64,000 bases of DNA from Lama guanicoe (Eukaryota). The DNA lies in NCBI GenBank assembly GCA_013239625.1, contig MU053881.1, positions 744,001-808,000 on the forward strand. The letters are read 5' to 3'. The translations under genes and the position numbers were made by a program. Below the pieces are notes generated by a model. It ran no database searches. It saw only the letters and a list, made by a program, of their open reading frames with translations, and had not been told where the DNA came from. Of this stretch, positions 53,601-64,000 are shown one piece after another (position 1 is the first letter of the stretch; each line of letters begins with the position of its first letter).

Positions 53601-56552
53601 GGGACAGTACTGTCTTAGTTTGCAGTTGTCGGATTATTACAGCTGTTAAGCAGCTTTTCCTGTTTATTGTCTCCTAGTGTTTCTTCTGTGAATTGCCTGT
53701 TAAATCTTTTAACTTTCTTGAATTGTTTGCCCTGATCTCACTGATCTGTATATTCTAGATATTAATCCTTTGTTTACCTGGTTTATTTCATGGGCATTAA
53801 TTAATATGGACATATACAAAGTTAAAAGAGCATCTATATGTATAGCTAAATCGGAAAGAATAATGCTATATGTCTGTGAATTTATAATACAGGTATTAAG
53901 TAAATATTATTGAGACTGGAGACAGCCTGGGACTGAAAATTCTGAATTCCCTCAGCAAAACCAGAGAAGACAGCTACCGGGAAAGAAAAATCAGTCTAAA
54001 TGTTTCATCTTGGTTGTGGAAAAAGAAAAAATGGATTTTAAGTAAAGCATTTGGGTAGAGGTGGTATAACTATTTTTAGATTTTAAGAGAATCCTATGTA
54101 TTACATTTATAAATTTGAAAACTTTAATGAAATGGATGATTGGCAAAGGACACAGAAATTGTAAAACCTCATCAAGGGGAGGGAGAAATCCTGAACAGAC
54201 CAATAACCAGAGAGGCAATTTGTAAAGATTTATCCTTAAAGAAGATACCAATCCCAGATCTATAAACAAAGTAGTAGTCTTTGAGTGGGGATGCCTAGCC
54301 AGGAAGTCCTGCTGACAGCTTGGCAGGCCTAGATGGTTTAAGGAAATTGATTTCTAGATCCTCAAGTTTCACAGACACTTCTCCTACTCTACAGAAGGAC
54401 AATTCAACCCTTGTCCCGTATCATCCTCTGGGTGCACTGACCTGGGGTGCAGAAAGCCCCACACACGATATGAAAGTGAAGCTGCCTTTGATGATAATCA
54501 TGTCACCAAAACCATGAAGAACTTCCAGTCTCTCATTGCTTTACTGAACTTAGTTAAGGAAACCTGGTCTCGGGGGAAAGGGGTGGTCTCTAGCCCTCTG
54601 CTGGGTATTCTGACTTTAGAAAGGTTAAAAAAAGTTCCCCCACAAATAAATGCAATTGTTGTCAGCTGCTCTCAATACTCACACCTTGGATGTGCCATTT
54701 ACTTGATGGGCGTGTTCTATAAATTAAATGAGCCCAAACTGTAGCCCCAACTTTTTGATGAAAATGGATTTGAAGTACACGTAAACTAACTGTTTTTGTC
54801 AAAAATATTGTATTGGCAACAGTGTAATGAAATAAGCAATGTTTAGATGTCCCCAACCATTTTGAGTGTTCTTGGTTAAGCAAAGTGAAAGAATTATAAG
54901 GTATAATTATCTTTGATACATCTTGGTAAAGTTTTTTGGGGGGAGCTTTCCACAAGTAGAGAGAGTTTCTTTAATGTGACTAAGATGCATCTTTTTGCTA
55001 GTCAGCTGATTTTCATTTGAATAAAAATGAACAATATAAATTTGACATTAGATCAGTGCAATTTGGGGCATATAACTTAGGAGTTCAAAAACTTGAACAA
55101 CATTAGTATAACAAAACTGTCTGTTTCTACTTCTTATTTATATGAGCCAGGTTTCTCAGGGATCACATCTATAAAAACCCAAAAAATAGGAATAAAATTG
55201 ATGCTAAGTCTGATCACATTTTATCAGTAAATCATATATATTTATCTATAGGTACACGCTAATGAAAAAAAAAACCAACATTCAGCTCATTAAGAGAAGT
55301 AATTCCAAGAAAAATTGGTGTATAATTACTTATAAAATTATATTCCTTTTATTAACTTAGCATTACTAATAATTTTACTGGTAAATTCATTCCAGAAGAA
55401 AAATTTTTTTATACACTTAGGGCTTTAGTCACAAGGAAAACTTATTACATTTTAATTTACATATTTTTTTCAGAGACCTATGATAGGATGACCAATAAAA
55501 AAATTTAAACATACATAAGTGGAATGGAAATTCAAGTTCAAGGAATAATAGGAAAAAATGTAAATTTTTCAAATATTAAATAACGTTTATTTTTAAGATG
55601 GATGGTAATGTTTATCAAATCACATGGCATTTACATACCACCTGATAAAAGGATGATCTAACAGTCTTATTTTAAAAAGCCAGTTCTTACCCTAACCAGA
55701 AAATGTATTCTAAACTTTCAAATTATGATGAAGCATTTTTAGGGGCTCCTGGGAGCAAAAACTGTGAAGACTAGTGGTTAAGGCAGTGGCTCGGACCATC
55801 GTTCCTGGGAACACGGCAGTGCTCTGCAGCCATCTCACCCATCCCCCTGCGGGGTGAGTCACCTGTTCCCATTTGTGCTCAGTTTAGAGAGTCATGGAAA
55901 ATTCAAGCTGGAAGGATCTTTAAGGTGTTCCATCCCTCAGTTTTACTAGCTTTGTGACCCCTGGCTAAGCTATTCACATCACACACACACACAAAATAGT
56001 TCAACACAACACACAGAATGCTACACTTATTCAACCGCCAAATAAATGGTCTGGCCAGGGATCTGGACCTTCACTGATGTAGAGTGGCTGCGCCTGTAAC
56101 ATAAAAGAGTGACCCTGTGATCCCGGGTTTTGGCACCAAAAAAAAAAAAAAAAAGTGACCCAGTACGAGGAGGAGCTGGAGGGAACCCGCAGCGGCCCTC
56201 TTGCTGGAGGAACGCTGATCACAGTGCCAGACGGGAGTTTTCGGAAGCTGGTGATATGGATTTTCATGGAAAAGGTGGTAATTGGTTAAAAAATATTTTT
56301 TTTAATGCTTTTATACTGTGCAGGATAGGAAAAAATGCAGCTACCAGTCACAAACATCTCCAAGGGCTGCCGGTTTGTTGTAACCTTTGGTATAGAGTTA
56401 AATCCTCAGGACGGGGGCTTTTTGTTGTTGTTGGGTGACTAGATTCTATAAATTTGAGTTTTAGTTTTGAGTAGCTCTTTGGTGTCTTGAAAGAGCTTTA
56501 AAATTTTTTTAAATTTATTTGTCTTTATTGTATTATTTATTTTATCTTGGCA

Positions 56553-56664
56553 AGGGATAGGTAATGAGGTTTATTTATTTTTAGAGGAGGTACTGGGGAT
56601 TGAACCCAGGAGCTTATGCATGCTGAGCACGCGCTCTACTGTTTGAGCTATATACCCTCACCCC
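56553..56664 (-). mobile_element. Vic-1-like SINE
   Basis: ggaggtactggggattgaacccagga...gagctatataccctcacccc. Confidence 0.8.
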
Positions 56665-58004
56665 AGTTAAAAGATCTTACAGTGCAGGATGGTGTTATCC
56701 TGTCCTGACAAGGACACACTTTCCTGATTTTTCTGGAATTTTCACTCACCATCTCAGAGGCTAACTTAAGGAGTTCGGCAATGTGAAATGACAAAGTTAC
56801 CGTGCTTCATTTTGGAAGGGGCTTCACTTGTGCAGGGTTGCTTGACATATGGAGAATAAAATCAGCCATGGAAGACAATGGAGAAAGGCATAGTGTGTAC
56901 CGCCTACCTAATGGCAAGTATATATCTAAATACTTCTAAAATTAAAAAAATTGTGCTGAACACTGGAATTTGACACAACACTGTAAAATGATTATGAATC
57001 AATAAAAAATGTAAAAAAAATAAAATTAAATTAAAGAATGCCTTCCTCAGTGAGTACCCACCCCCGTGCAGGACTTGCTGGGCGCGTGAGTTCTGTAAGC
57101 ACCTGCGTTTTCTTATTCATCCTTCGGGAGGAGGCATCACTCTAAAAAATACTGTAGAACCTTGTGGGTATGTCCTTTGATCTGTGCGAAAACTGTGTGT
57201 GGAGGCGAGGCACGAGCGACATGCACAGATCCGCTCTGAAGTACAGCAGATCTGGGGACAGCTCCCGGTGTAACAGAAAAGGGCAAATCTGACCCCACGT
57301 TAGACCTGCTCCTTGCGCTCCTGGGAAGGAGTTCTGACTGTGTCCTAAGTGTTCTTCTGTGTGCTTTGATGTTTTTGTTTTACCGCATGCATTTATTATC
57401 TAAAAACCCCCAAAAACCCAAACCCCCAAAACCAAGCAAGACAACTACAGAGGACGCAATCACGTGGCAAGTTGTGCTACCAGAGCTGCCGTGGGATAAC
57501 ATTTGAAAACACGTATTCAGAGCAGTGCACATCATTCCACAGCATGTTCCTTAGACCTGTGTCACCAAACACTGTTTTATCTGGCAAGAGTGCTGCTCAC
57601 ATTCAGTCTCTGCTCTGTCACTCCTCCCTCTGAACAATCTCTGTCCTCACTGCTTGTGTAAGCAGATCAATGGAAAAGAGAGAAAATGAGCTGGTCCTGG
57701 CAGGAGTGGTGGCCACTGTCTTCTCCTGACCCGCTTTTCCAAGGCCTCTGCAGGGCATGCTGCCCAGGGTCCATTTCCTTTTCCGCACCCCCGTCCCATC
57801 TGATGGCTTCAAGTCCGGGTTACGGTCACGGCCTAGCCACAGAGCTGTTCCTCACACTTCTGCCCTCGGTAAGCCACATTCACAATTTTTGCCACATTTG
57901 AGTGGCAGTTATTTATTTAGTCTTTTCTTTAAATTGACTAATTGAAAAGCCCATGTGTATATATTATGGCATTTTACTTATAAAATTATTTAAAGGCAGC
58001 GAGG

Positions 58005-58160
58005 CATTGAGGTGATGTGACTAAGAGTGCAGGCTTGGAGGCAGCTGGTTTGGGTTCAAGTCCTGGTTCTGCCATTTCTAAGTAACTTAGTCAAGTTACT
58101 TTTTTAAAATTCAGCTTCCCTCTTCATAAACAGGATAATAACGGTACCTATCACACGGGA
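58005..58160 (+). mobile_element. MIR remnant (continues at ~58650-58740)
   Basis: tttgggttcaagtcctggttctgccatt...caggataataacggtacct. Confidence 0.65.
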
Positions 58161-59599
58161 CCAGCTACCGGGGCGGAAGCATGAAGTCATGGTCTCCCTC
58201 CCACGGCCCTAAAGGGACTGCAACTTCCTGCAGGGATGTGGTCCCTCTCTGAGGGTCCTCTGCCCAGTGCCTGCCTCATGTGCTGTGGTGCTGCCAGCCT
58301 GGGGCAGGGCAGTGGACACCTGGCCCTGCCCTGAGATTCAGAAAGTGGGACTTCAACTCTCCCTGTGTGAGGGAAGGGTGGAAGAAGCCCCAGGGCAGTC
58401 TGAGTGGACCAGGGTGGCTGAGAACCTGTACCAGGGAGGTAGCAGAAAGCAGGACGGCACACACGAGTCTGCCTCCACGGCCCCCATACATGCTTCTTTG
58501 TTCCATCAGACTTCACTTACAAAACACAAATTCAAAGATAAATTTAGTAAGAATTTCAATTGTGGGGCACTTCTGAGTGCCTGGCCCCAGATGATAACAC
58601 TGATCAAAGCCTGCACTGACTGCACACCACGAAGCCAGCTCTGCTACTGCCCAGGATTATCGTGGAGGTTAAATGAACTCATGTACGCACAGACTAACCT
58701 CTGGCACCTGGGCAGCACAATGCAAGTGCTGGCGATTATCTATAGCATTACCATAAATGGAAAATAAGTATTTTTCAAATATGCATTTGTTCAACAAAGA
58801 TTTATTATAGTGTGCTAGGCACAGTTCAGGCACTGGCACATTTTATCACCAAACAGCTAACATTTATTATTTGCTTACAATCTAAGAGGCCTCCAGAAGA
58901 CCCCATCCCTTGACTCTCAGGACTGACTGCCAATGGGTGGGCATACAAACACCCACTGATGTGTGTAAAAGTGGCGAGCTAGTGGGCACTAGATTCCTGA
59001 AGTGAACAGTATCCTTTCATGACCTTCTAGTCCTATTTTTCACTGGCAGAATCTCAAAACAAGTCAGATGTTAAGCTTTACTCATCAATCTTTCTTAACC
59101 ACTGAAATTCTCACATTCACTATTCCGGTGTTAGTGCCAACTTCTACAGCACGTGCACCAGTGGAAAGGACAGAATCAAGAAACCTCCAAGGCACACTTC
59201 TTAGCGAGCACTGCAGTGTTCAGTCAGCTCTGCGCCACAGCACTTTCTATGCTGAAAAGGTTCTCTGCCACTAGTCACATGCAGGCTGCTGAGCACTTAA
59301 AATGTGGCTGTTGTGACTGAGAAACTAAATTTTTACCACTTAAACATCACATGTGGGTGGTGGCTACTGTGTATGGGTTAGCACAGCTTTAAATATTTGG
59401 CTTTATAGGACTTTCTAGGTCACACTCTATAAATATAATCACTTAATGGTTCCATTCTTACTCATGCGCTTACTCTAGATGGCAAAGGCTGCAAAAGACC
59501 GGAAGAATCCTTGGGTGAATCAAAAAGTCCCTACTTCACAAGGCTGGAAAATGTGGTAGCTTGTCTGCATCACATAGTGGGCTGGTGGTAGAGCTCGCT

Positions 59600-60610
59600 G
59601 GAGCCCTCACCCCCCGACCTCCGCCCGGGGGCTCTGACTCCGCAGGGAGTAGGGAGGCGCGGTCAACACCTGGGAGGTGTCAGGCGGGGTGGCATTTGGA
59701 GATTTAAAGCAGAAAACAGTACTGGACTCGTTTCTTCAGTTACTTTTAAAATTAACACAGACTACCTAAGCTTAAACTCGTACATCTTTTCAGTCTAAAG
59801 TCCACCAGTGAGAACACAGTGGGAAGCGAGGTCGCCCCCGTCTCGGCCACCCGCGCCCACGTGCTTATCTTGGCTTGTGCGCTCCGTATAAAGCAAGCAG
59901 ACGAGCAGTTAGGCGTGTCAACAGGCTGTGTTTGTTTTGTTTTGTTCTGTTTTGTTTAACGACTCGTCTAACAGGCTGAGTCGGTTGAACAGCCTCGCCA
60001 GCCTGGCTCGCACCGCGAAGCGACCGCTGTCCCGCGGAAAGCGGGAGCCTACCTGCGCGCGCCGCCCCGTCCGCGCCGCCGTCCGCGCCGCCCAGCCCCG
60101 CGGCCGCGCGCAGCGCGCTCCCGCAGCTCGCCGACAGGTTGCCCGTGGCCCTGCGCGCCAGGGTCAGGATGGGCGCGGACCAGCCGTCCGCCGCCGCCCG
60201 CGGCCTCGCGGCGCCTCGCAGCTCGCCAGGGCCCGGCAGCTGGCTCCGGTCGACGATTTCAAACTCCTCTCCCGGCTCCGGCCCCGGCCCCGCCCGGCAG
60301 CCGTCTCCCCCGTCGGCCATCTTGTCCCGTCACGTGGCCCCGTCACGTGGCCCGGGCCGCGGGCGGGGGACTCCGCGCGGGCGGGCGCTTTTGCACCTTC
60401 CCTGCCCTTTTCCCTTGTTGGCGACGGTCTTCTTCCTGATCCCCTGCCTCCTTCCCTTTCCGACACTTCAAAGAGCTTCGGGGAACTACACATCGTGAGT
60501 TGAGCACCCACATCCCCACAGGCCGGGAGGACTTGTTTCCGTGGAAGTTACTGTGGGCTTTCCTCCCTCGTGGTGGTGGGTCCCGCTGGCTGAGAACGCA
60601 AACCACGTGG
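59600..60610. promoter_or_regulatory. RUFY1: RUFY1 main CpG-island promoter with tandem E-boxes
   Basis: CpG-rich; (cccgtcacgtggc)x2 at 60326-60351; YY1-like caagatggc over the ATG. Confidence 0.85.
60053..60320 (-). CDS. RUFY1: RUFY1 exon 1 (268 nt coding)
   Basis: [32 protein letters not shown]...[30 protein letters not shown]...ARA; donor G|gtaggc. Confidence 0.95.
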
Positions 60611-61099
60611 CCCTAGTTTTCTTTGTGACAGTATTTCCTCTTTTCCATTTTCATTTCATGTTTTACTTTTTTTACGTCGTCATTTTTCTGCAGCAGTCTT
60701 CAAAACAAGTCCTAAAAGGGCGAGCAAGGAAGCGCTGGTACAGGCGAGGCAGGAAGGCATTTCTTTTTGTTTTTGTGTGTTTGTTTTTTAATTAAATAAC
60801 TAACTAGGACAGCTTGGTAGGAAAGAGCACACCAGAAGACTGGGTATCAGAAGGTCTGGATTCTGTGATTAATTAGTTAAATGGTGATAATAATAAAACC
60901 TACCCCATTGTTAAGTAAGGGGCACATGGCAGACGTGAATGATTGTGATGAAGGTGACCCAACCACGTGGCTTGGGCAGGACAGCTCACTTGTACAGTAT
61001 TACTGGCAGTGTGGTTGCAGATTTGGGAAAGAAGGGAATTTGACTAAAGAGAAACTCAAGTCTCACTATCATTTGACACTTTGTGCAGTGCCAGCTGGT

Positions 61100-61550
61100 G
61101 CCTACTGACCCCTGCAGCCCCCAAACTTCCAGCCCTTAGGCACCTGCCTGCCCACTTTGGGAGATAAACTCCTGACGGGGGTGTTTGCGTTAGCGCAGTT
61201 AACAGCCCCAGGAGATGACCAGCCTCACCGTAGCCCATGTCTCCTTATCAAAATCATAGATTCCCATGTCTCCGTCTTACGGGAGTCATACCATCCTCCC
61301 ATAAATAAAGCAAAGCCTTTACTTCACTTGTAGCCAGTCAGAAATCTGTTCTCCTGTCCCTTTGTGTTCATAGCCCCTTCCTCAATAAAAGACCCTGCAG
61401 GTTCACACTCGGTGGACACACAACACACCTCTTGCCTGTGTGGCCCCCTGTTTCTTGTAGCAGCAAACTTACTAAACTTCACTTTGTTCTTAAATTTCTC
61501 CCTTTCTGGTAAATTCTTTTTACCAGCCTCTATCACTGGCCATGCCAATT
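61100..61550 (+). mobile_element. Probable solo ERV LTR
   Basis: LTR-like layout: aaataaagc / aataaaagaccc and 3' ...ggtaaattctttttacc. Confidence 0.45.
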
Positions 61551-61899
61551 GTCCCCCAACAGTTTGCAAAGTGCTGCACATGGACGTCATCAAACCAGGA
61601 GATTTGTTTCGTTTGATTCCCAGAGGGTTTACATTTCAAATTTAAAAAAAAAAGTTTGAGTTGTTGCAGGTATTTAGAAATCAAAACACTTACTTAGAAA
61701 CAAAACATTTATTTAGAAACAAAATCTTTAGACATCATCTTGGCACCTTGGTCCAGTCCTTTTCACTAGTTTTTATGATCTGTTTGGTCCCTGAAGGCCA
61801 ATTGTTTTCTGTGGGGAGAGTAGGGTGGGGAGCGATTGAGGCGTTTGTGGGGATGGTGTTTGAGTTGTCACCATGATTTTTTTCTTTTTCTTTCTTTCC

Positions 61900-62947
61900 T
61901 TTTTTATTTTACAATGTCATGAGACTGACATGCTACGTACTGTGATAACGAGGCACCTTATTTTACAATATTACATTTTTTAAATTGAAGTATAGTTGTA
62001 CAATATTATATGCTACAGGTATATAATATAGTGATTCCCAATTTTTAAAGGTTATATTCTGTTTATAGTTATTTCAAAATATTTGCTACATTCCCCATGT
62101 TGTACAATACATCCTTATAGCTTATTTTATACCTGATAGTTTGTCCCTCTTGATCCTCCACTGCCATCTTGCCCCTCCCCCTTTCCTCTCCCTACTGGAA
62201 ACCACTAGTTCCCTCTCTACACCTATGAGTCTGTTTCTTTTCTATTATATTCACCAGTTTGCTGTATTTTTTAGATCCCACATGTAAGTGATATCTTATA
62301 GTATTTGTCTGTCATTGTCTGACTTATTTCACTCAGCATAATGCCCTCTAAGACCCTCCATGCTGTACACCAGAAACTAACACAACATTTTAAATCAACT
62401 GTACTTCAATTAAAAAGCAAACAAATAACCTGTTTAAAATATGGGCAGAAGAAATGAACATTTTTCCAAAAGAAGAAATGCAGATGGCCAACAGGAGCAT
62501 GAGAAGTTGCTCAACGTCACTAATATCAGGGAAATGCAAATCCAAATCACAATGAGACACCATCTCACATCTGTCAGAATGGCCATCATCAAAAAGAACA
62601 CAAATAACAAATGTTGGCGAGGAAGTGGAGAAAAGGGAACCCTTGTACACTGTTGGTGGGAATGCAAATTGGTGCAGCCACCATGGAAAACAATATGGAG
62701 GCTTGTCAAAACCCCCAAATAGAGCCACCATATGACCTAGCAGTTCCACTCCCGGGCATATATTTGAAAAAAACAAAAACATTAATTCAAAAAGGTAATA
62801 CATCCCAATATTAACAGCAGCATTATTTACAATGGCCAAGATATGGAAGCATCCTAAGTGCGTATCAATAGATGAGTGGATAAAGAAGATGTAGCGTATA
62901 TATGTAATGGAATTCAACTCATCTGTAAAAAGAAGGATATTTTGCCA
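61900..62947 (-). mobile_element. Second copy of the composite inverted-L1 element
   Basis: Reverse complement of 38733-39740, including the same internal junctions. Confidence 0.85.
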
Positions 62948-63019
62948 TGTGCAGCCCTTCATTCAGTTTTTTTTTTCACTTCAAAAACCAGAATTTTATA
63001 ACTGGCATAAACATTTCCA

Positions 63020-63320
63020 TTGCATCAAAAATAACAAAATACCTAGCAATAAACTTAACCGAGGAGGTTACCTGTACTCTGAAAACTGTAAAACACTGAG
63101 AAGGAAATTGAAGATGATACAAAGAAATGGAAAGATATCTTGTGCTCTTGGATTGGAAGAATCAACATTGTCAAAATGGCCGTACTACCCAAAGTAATCT
63201 TCAGATCCAACGCAACCCCTGTCAAAATACTCGTGACATTTTTTCATAGAACTAGAACAAACAACTCCAAAAGGTATATGGAACCAGAAAAGACCCAAAA
63301 TTGCCAAAGCAATCTTTTGT
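63020..63320 (+). mobile_element. L1 ORF2 fragment
   Basis: [29 protein letters not shown]. Confidence 0.9.
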
Positions 63321-64000
63321 AGGCCTTTTTTCTTTTTCTTCTTTTGTTCTCTTTTCTTGCGGTTTGATGACAAGAGAAGTTCCTTTAACATTTGTTGTAA
63401 AGCTGGTTTGGTGGTGCTGAATTCTTTTAGCGTTTGTTTATCTGTGAAGCTTTTGATTTCTTCCTCTAATCTGAACAAGAGTCTTACTGGATAGAGCATT
63501 CTTGGTTGCAGGTTTTCCCCTTTCATCACTTTAACTGTATCATGCCACTCCCTTCTGGCCTGTGGAGTTTCTGCTGAAAAATCAGCTGATAACCTTATGG
63601 AGCTCCCTTGTATGTTATTTGTTACTTTTCTCTTCCTGATGTTAATATTTTCTCCTTACCCTTAATTTTTGTCAATTTGATGTCTATGTGCCTTGGTGTG
63701 TTGCTCTTTGGGTTGATCCTGGTGTGGAACTCTCTGTACTTCCTGGACTTGGGTGACTGTTTCCCTTCCCAAGTTGGGGAAGTTTTTGGTTATTATCTCT
63801 TTAAAAGTTTTCTCAGGCCCTTCCTCTCTCTCTCTCCTTTCTGGGACCCCTATAGTGTGAGTGTTAGTGTGCTTCATGTTGTCCCAGAGTTCTCTTATAC
63901 TGTCCTCATCTCTTTTCATTCTCTTTTCTTTTTTCTATTCTGCAGTAGTGACTTCCACTAATCTGTCTTCTAGCTCATTGATCTGTTCTTCTGCCTCATT
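63321..64000 (-). mobile_element. L1 ORF1 remnant (frameshifted), runs off the window
   Basis: EDSIRELWDNMKHTNTHTIGVPE...; KGENLQPRMLYPVRLLFRLEEEIKSFTDKQTLKEFSTTKPALQQMLKELL. Confidence 0.9.

Overview
Mammalian genomic DNA, most likely from a camelid: about 13 copies of a tRNA-Ala-derived, Vic-1-like SINE are present. Two complete genes converge tail-to-tail. HNRNPH1 lies on + (CpG-island promoter, TSS ~4838, CDS 5378-12484 over 12 coding exons = 449 aa, alternative C-terminus to 13200 = 472 aa, poly(A) signal 13818). RUFY1 lies on - (CDS 60320->16688 over 18 exons = 695 aa, RUN/coiled-coil/FYVE, poly(A) signal 16179-16184). All coding exons were placed by hand on GT-AG boundaries and add up to open reading frames. 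The rest is intronic or intergenic with L1, SINE, MIR/L2, hAT and LTR relics. I see no new multi-gene system. The most interesting signals are: (i) a dense splicing-regulatory architecture in HNRNPH1 (candidate poison exons, a stacked hairpin array, a 56-nt intron, a tandem exon duplication whose double full inclusion creates a stop codon); (ii) a chimeric inverted-L1 element present twice with the same internal junctions, possibly a propagated non-autonomous or HAL1-like family; (iii) a sense-oriented 3'UTR retrocopy that brings a poly(A) signal into RUFY1 intron 11; (iv) a perfect 28-bp inverted repeat upstream of HNRNPH1. Repeat family names are from memory and unverified; repeat boundaries are approximate.
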